From Chiloscyllium plagiosum (taxonomy: Eukaryota), in the NCBI RefSeq assembly GCF_004010195.1, contig NC_057756.1, positions 6,304,463 to 6,341,813 of the forward strand: 37,351 nt of DNA, in the 5' to 3' direction. Position 1 is the stretch's first letter. Each line of letters opens with the position of its first letter. The translations under genes were made by a program, and so were the position numbers. The notes below the pieces were generated by a model. The model was not told where the DNA came from, searched no databases, and saw nothing but the letters and a program-made list of their open reading frames with translations. Of this stretch, positions 32,723 to 37,351 are shown piece after piece.

Positions 32723-35700
32723 TGACAGGCTGCTGTCCTGTGACAGTGTGAAGACTGGGATCAGTGACAGGCTGCTGACCTGTTCCAGTGTTGATGCTAG
32801 GTTCAATGACAGGCTGCTGTCGTGTGTCAGTGTGAATACTGGAATCAGTATCAGGCAACGATCATGTGTCTGTGTTAAACTGTGATCAGTGACAGGCTGC
32901 TCTCCTCTGTCATTGTGAAGACTGGGATCAGTGTCAGGTTTCTGTCCTGTGACAGTGTGAACACTGGCATCAGTGACAGGCTGTTTTCCTGTGTCAGTGT
33001 GAAGACTGGGATCCGTGTCAGGCTGCTGTACTGTTTCAGTATGAGACGGCGATCAGTGACAGGCTGCTGTCCTATACCAGTGTGATACTAAGATCAATGA
33101 CAGGCTGCTGTCCTGTGTCAGTGTGAATACTGGAATCAGTATCAGGCTGCTGTCCTGTGTCAGTGTGAAACGGCGATCAGTGACAGGCTGCTGTCCTGTG
33201 TCAGTGCAAAGACTGGGATCAGTGTCAGGCTGCTGTCCTGTGTCAGTGTCAAGACTTGGATCAGTGACATGCTGCTGTCCTGTGTCAGTGTGATGACTGT
33301 GATCAGTAACAGGCTGCTGTCCTTGGACAATTTGAAGAATGGGATCATTGACAGTCTGCTGACCTTTGTCAGAGTGAAGAGTGCGATCAATGTCAGGCTG
33401 CTGTCCTGTGTTAGTTTCAGACTTGGATCAGTGACCAGCTGCTGTCCTGTTTCAATGTGAAGACTGAAATCAGTGTCAGATTGCTGTCCTGTGTCAATGT
33501 GAAGACTGGGATCAGTGACAGGCTACTCTCCTGTATCAGTGTGAAGACTCGGACCTGTGTCAGGCTGCTGTCCTTGGACAATTTGAAGAATGGGATTAGT
33601 GTCAGGCTGCTGTCCTGTGTCAGTGTGAATACTGGGATCAATATCAGGCAGCGATCATGTGTCTGTGTTAAACTTGTCCTGTGTCAGTGTGAAGACTGGG
33701 ATCAGAGACAGGCTGCTGTCCTGTGTCAACGTGGGACTGGGATCAGTGACAGGCTGCTGTCCTGTGTCAGTGTGAGACTGGGGTCAGTGATATGCTGTTG
33801 TCCTGTGTCAGTGTGAAGAATGGGATCAGGGACAGGCAGCCGTCCTATGTCAGTGTGATTCTGGGATCAGAGTTAGGCTGCTGTCCTGTGTCAGTGTGAA
33901 GATTGGGATCAGTGACTGGCTGCTATCCTGTGTCAGTGTGAGACTGGGATCAGAGACACACTGCTGTCCTGTGTCAATGTGAAGACTGGGATCAATGACA
34001 GGCTGCTGTCCTGTGTCAGTGCGATGACTGTGATCAGTGACAGACTGCTGTCCTTGGACAATTTGAAGACTGGGATCCGTGTCAGGCTGCTGTACTGTGT
34101 TAGTATGAGACAGCGATCAGTGACAGGCTGCTGTCCTATACCAGTGTGATACTGGGATCAATGTCACGCTGCTGTCCTGTGTCAGTGTGAAACTGGGATC
34201 GATGTCATGCTGCTCTCCTGTGTCAGTGTGAAGACTGGAATCAGTGTCAGGCAACGATCATGTGTCTGTGTTAAACTGTGATCAGTGACAGGCTGCTGTC
34301 CTGTGTCAGTGTGAATCCTGGGATCAGTATCAGGCAACGGTCATGTGTCTGTGTTAACCTGGGATTAGTGTCAGGCTGCTGTCCTGTGTCAGTGTGAAGA
34401 CTGGGATCAGTGACAAGCTGCAGTCCTGTGTCAGTGCGATGACTGTGATCATTGACAGACTGCTGTCCTTGGACAATTTGAAGAATGGGATCAGTGACAG
34501 GCTGCTGTCCTGTACCAGTGTGATACTGGCATCAGTGTCAGGCTGCTGTCCTGTGTCAGTGTGAGACCCCGATCAGTGACAGGCTGCTGTCCTCTATCAG
34601 TATGAAGACTGGGATCAGTGTCAGGCTGCTGTCCTGTGTCAGTGTGAGACCGCGATCAGTGACAGGCTGCTGTCCTGTGTCAGTGTGAAGACTGGATTCA
34701 ATGTCACGCTGTTGTCCTGTGTCAGTGTGAAACTGGGATCAGTGACAGGCTGCTGTCCTGTATCAGTGTGAAGACTGGGATCAGTATCAGGCTGCTGTCC
34801 TGTGTCAGTGTGAAGACTTGGATCAGTGACATGCTGCTGTCCTGTGTCAGGGTGATGACTGTGATCAGTAACAGGCTGCTGTCCTTGGACAATTTGAAGA
34901 CTGGGATCAATGACAGGCTGCTGTCCTGTGTCAGTGTGAATACTGGGATCAGTATCAGGCAACGATCATGTGTCTGTGTTAAACTGGGATCAGTGTCAGA
35001 CTGCTGTCCTGTGTCAGTGTGAATACTGGAATCAGTATCAGGCATCGATCATGTGTCTGTGTTAAACTGTGATCAGTGTCAGGCTGCTGTCCTGCACCAG
35101 TGTGATACTGGGATCATTGATAGGCTGCTGCCCTGTACCAGTGTGATACTGGTATCAGTGTCAGGTTTTTGTCCTGAGTCAGTGTGATACTGGGATCAGT
35201 GTTAGGATTCTGTCCTGTGTCAGTGTGATACTGGGATCAGTGATAGGCTGCTGTCCAGTATCAGTGTGAAACTGGGATCAGTGATAGGCTGCTGTCCTGT
35301 ACCAGTGTGATACTGGATCAGTGTCAGGTTTCTGTCCTGTGTCAGTGTGAATACTGGGATCAGTGACAAGCTGCTGTCCTGTGTCAGTGTGAAGACTGGG
35401 ATCTGTGTCAGGCTGCTGTACTGTGTCAGTATGAGACTGCGATCAATGAAAGGCTGCTGTCCTGTGTCAGTGTGAATACTGGAATCAGTATCAGGCTGCT
35501 GTCCTGTGTCAGTTTGAAACGGCGATCAGTGACAGGCTTCTGGCCTGTGTCAGTGCAAAGATTGGGAGCAGTGTCAGGCTGCTGTCCTGTGTCAGTGTGA
35601 AGACTTAGATTAGTGACATGCTGCTGTACTGTGTCAGTGTGATGACTGTGATCATTAACAGGCTGCTGTCCTTGGACAATTTGAAGAATGGGATCAGTGA

Positions 35701-36555
35701 CAGGCTGCTGTCCTGTATCAGTGTGATACTGGCATCAGTCTCAGGCTGCTGTCCTGTGTCAGTGTGAGACCGCGATCAGTGACAGGCTGCTGTCCTGTGT
35801 CAGTGTGAAGACTGGATTCAATGTCACGCTGTTGTCCTGTGTCAGTGTGAAACTGGGATCAGTGACAGGCTGCTGTCCTGTATCAGTGTGAGACTGGGAT
35901 CAGTGACAGGCTGCTGTCCTGTGTCAGTGTGAAACTGGGATCAGTGACAGACTGCTGTCCTGTGTCAGTGTGAAACGGCGATCAGAGACAGGCTGCTGGC
36001 CTGTGTCAGTGTGATGACTGGGATCAGTGATAGGCTGCTGTCCTGTATCAGTGTGAAACGGCGATCAGTGTCAGGCTGCTGCCCTGCGTCCGTGTGAAGA
36101 CTGGGATCAGTGATAGGCTGCTGTCCTGTATCAGTGTGAGACTAGGATCAGTAACAGGCTGCTGTCCTGTGTCAGTGTGAAACTGGGATCAGTGACAGAC
36201 TGCTGTCCTGTGTCAGTGTGAAGACTGGGATCAGTGACAGGCTGCTGTCCTGTGTCAGTGTGAAACGGCGATCAGTGTCAGGCTGCTGCCCTGCGTCCGT
36301 GTGAAGACTGGGATCAGTGACAGGCTTCTGGCCTGTGTCAGTGTGATGACTGGGATCAGTGTCAGTGTGATGACTGGGATCAGTGACAGGCTGCTGTCCT
36401 GTATCAGTGTGAAGACTGGAATCAGTATCAGGCAATGATCATGTGTCTGTGTTAACCTCGGATTGGTGTCAGGCTGCTGTCCTGTGTCAGTGTGAAGACT
36501 GTGATCAGTGACAGGCTTCTGTCCTGTATCAGTGTGAGACTGGGATCAGTGTCAG
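32723..36555 (+). repeat. 41/42-bp tandem satellite (~90 units) with higher-order structure
   Basis: Consensus ctgggatcagtgacaggctgctgtcctgtgtcagtgtga(a)ga, with recurrent variant monomers. Confidence 0.97.
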
Positions 36556-36556
36556 A

Positions 36557-36920
36557 TCTGATGGTAGTGGTTGTAGGTGTGTAAGGTGCTCTTTCAGGAG
36601 ACTTTGTGAATTTCTGTCATGCATCTCTCAGATGGTATATATTGCTGCTGTTGAACTCAGTGGGAGGGGGAGTATGCTTGCGGATACTGTACCAGCCAGC
36701 AGGCTGCCTTTCCCAGGATGGTGTCAAGCATCTCGAGTGTTGTTGGAGCTGTAACCATCCAGGCAAGTATTGCATCACACTCCTGACTTGTGCCTTCTCG
36801 ATCGTGGACAGGGTTTGGGGAGTTGGGAGGTAAGTTATTTGCTGCAGGATTCCTAGTCTATGACCTGTTCTTATAACCACTGCGTTTATGTGACAAATCC
36901 AGTTCAGTGTCTAGTCATTG
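36557..36920 (-). mobile_element. Old non-LTR retrotransposon ORF2 C-terminal fragment (CR1/L2/Jockey group, clade unresolved)
   Basis: GHRLGILQQITYLPTPQTLSTIEKAQVRSVMQY resembles the post-RT LG.L.R...IYKAQVRS.MEY region. Confidence 0.75.
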
Positions 36921-37002
36921 CTCCAGTCCCAGTATCCCCCTGAATCTGCAGAAGCAGGAATGGGAATCAAATACACAAACCACCATGTGACCCCAGACTT
37001 AC

Positions 37003-37186
37003 AGTGAACTGGAAGCAGTTATGTCCTGCACTCCCCAGTAGCTCCTCCTGCAGGAGTATGTTGTTTGTCTGCTCATTCTGAATTGTCAGTTTCTGGGGGA
37101 CGATGTCATTTCCAGGTGACAGCAGGACGCAAACCCTCTCAAGAGTATTGGTACGAATTTCTGCTGGGATCAGAACCACGTAATGC
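37003..37186 (-). CDS. A2M: Alpha-2-macroglobulin-family gene, coding exon 2 (start of MG1 domain); paralogue (A2M, A2ML1, PZP or ovostatin-like) unresolved
   Basis: Acceptor cccttcttcacag| and donor ACT|gtaagt; 184 nt, phase 2 to 0. HYVVLIPAEIRTNTLERVCVLLS...HNCFQFT aligns without gaps to human A2M [23 protein letters not shown]...LHCVAFA (recalled sequence), with both Cys conserved. Confidence 0.9.
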
Positions 37187-37351
37187 CTGTGAAGAAGGGA
37201 GGCTTGGTTTAAACAGAGGAGAAGAATAAAGATATGCAACCTCTCCCTGTTGACTGCCTCAATCAGTGTGACTCAGTCCCTGCAGTTTCAGCATTGTATG
37301 CTGTCCCTGTAACGTCTGTTGTTGTAGTACACCCTTCGAGATCTACAGCAT

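Noticed and set aside
32135..32858. Long ORFs of 180-224 aa in the ORF track
   Set aside because: Artefacts of translating through 500 N.
32882..36435. Repetitive ORFs (TLTQDSSLSLIPVF, HTDTGQQPVTDPS)
   Set aside because: Translations of the satellite; mixed 41/42-bp units shift frame constantly.
32723..36555. CRISPR-like array
   Set aside because: Units are contiguous with no unique spacers, there are no cas genes, and the context is vertebrate. It is a satellite.
37187..37239. Signal-peptide-like MHIFILLLCL in front of the A2M exon
   Set aside because: Starts at TTG, not ATG, and is the pyrimidine-rich intron end before the acceptor. The true exon 1 should lie beyond the window.

Overview
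Eukaryotic, repeat-dominated DNA. It is most likely from a cartilaginous fish (shark), inferred from HE1-type V-SINEs, CR1/HER1-type LINEs with an esterase ORF1, and Penelope-like elements. No intact full-length gene is present. The only confident host exon is a 184-nt alpha-2-macroglobulin-family exon 2 on the minus strand (37003-37186). It sits beside a 3.8-kb 41/42-bp satellite and a 500-N gap. Left of that gap is an old, degenerate 49-bp tandem-repeat matrix. It is invaded by nested, decayed CR1 LINEs, SINEs and Penelope-like termini carrying minimal hammerhead ribozymes (two with intact cores, four decayed). The region holds three partial copies of one segmentally duplicated unit (519-8893, 9253-14314, 27852-32222). 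The short non-repeat islands (about 14.1-15.9 kb, 17.25-17.64 kb and 25.0-25.3 kb) show frameshifted minus-strand motifs resembling Ig-superfamily V/VJ domains, plus one 12-RSS-like signal. This possible decayed Ig-like receptor locus is the most intriguing signal, but it is read by eye across frameshifts and needs a homology search. Boundaries of decayed repeats are approximate, and identity statements are by-eye estimates.
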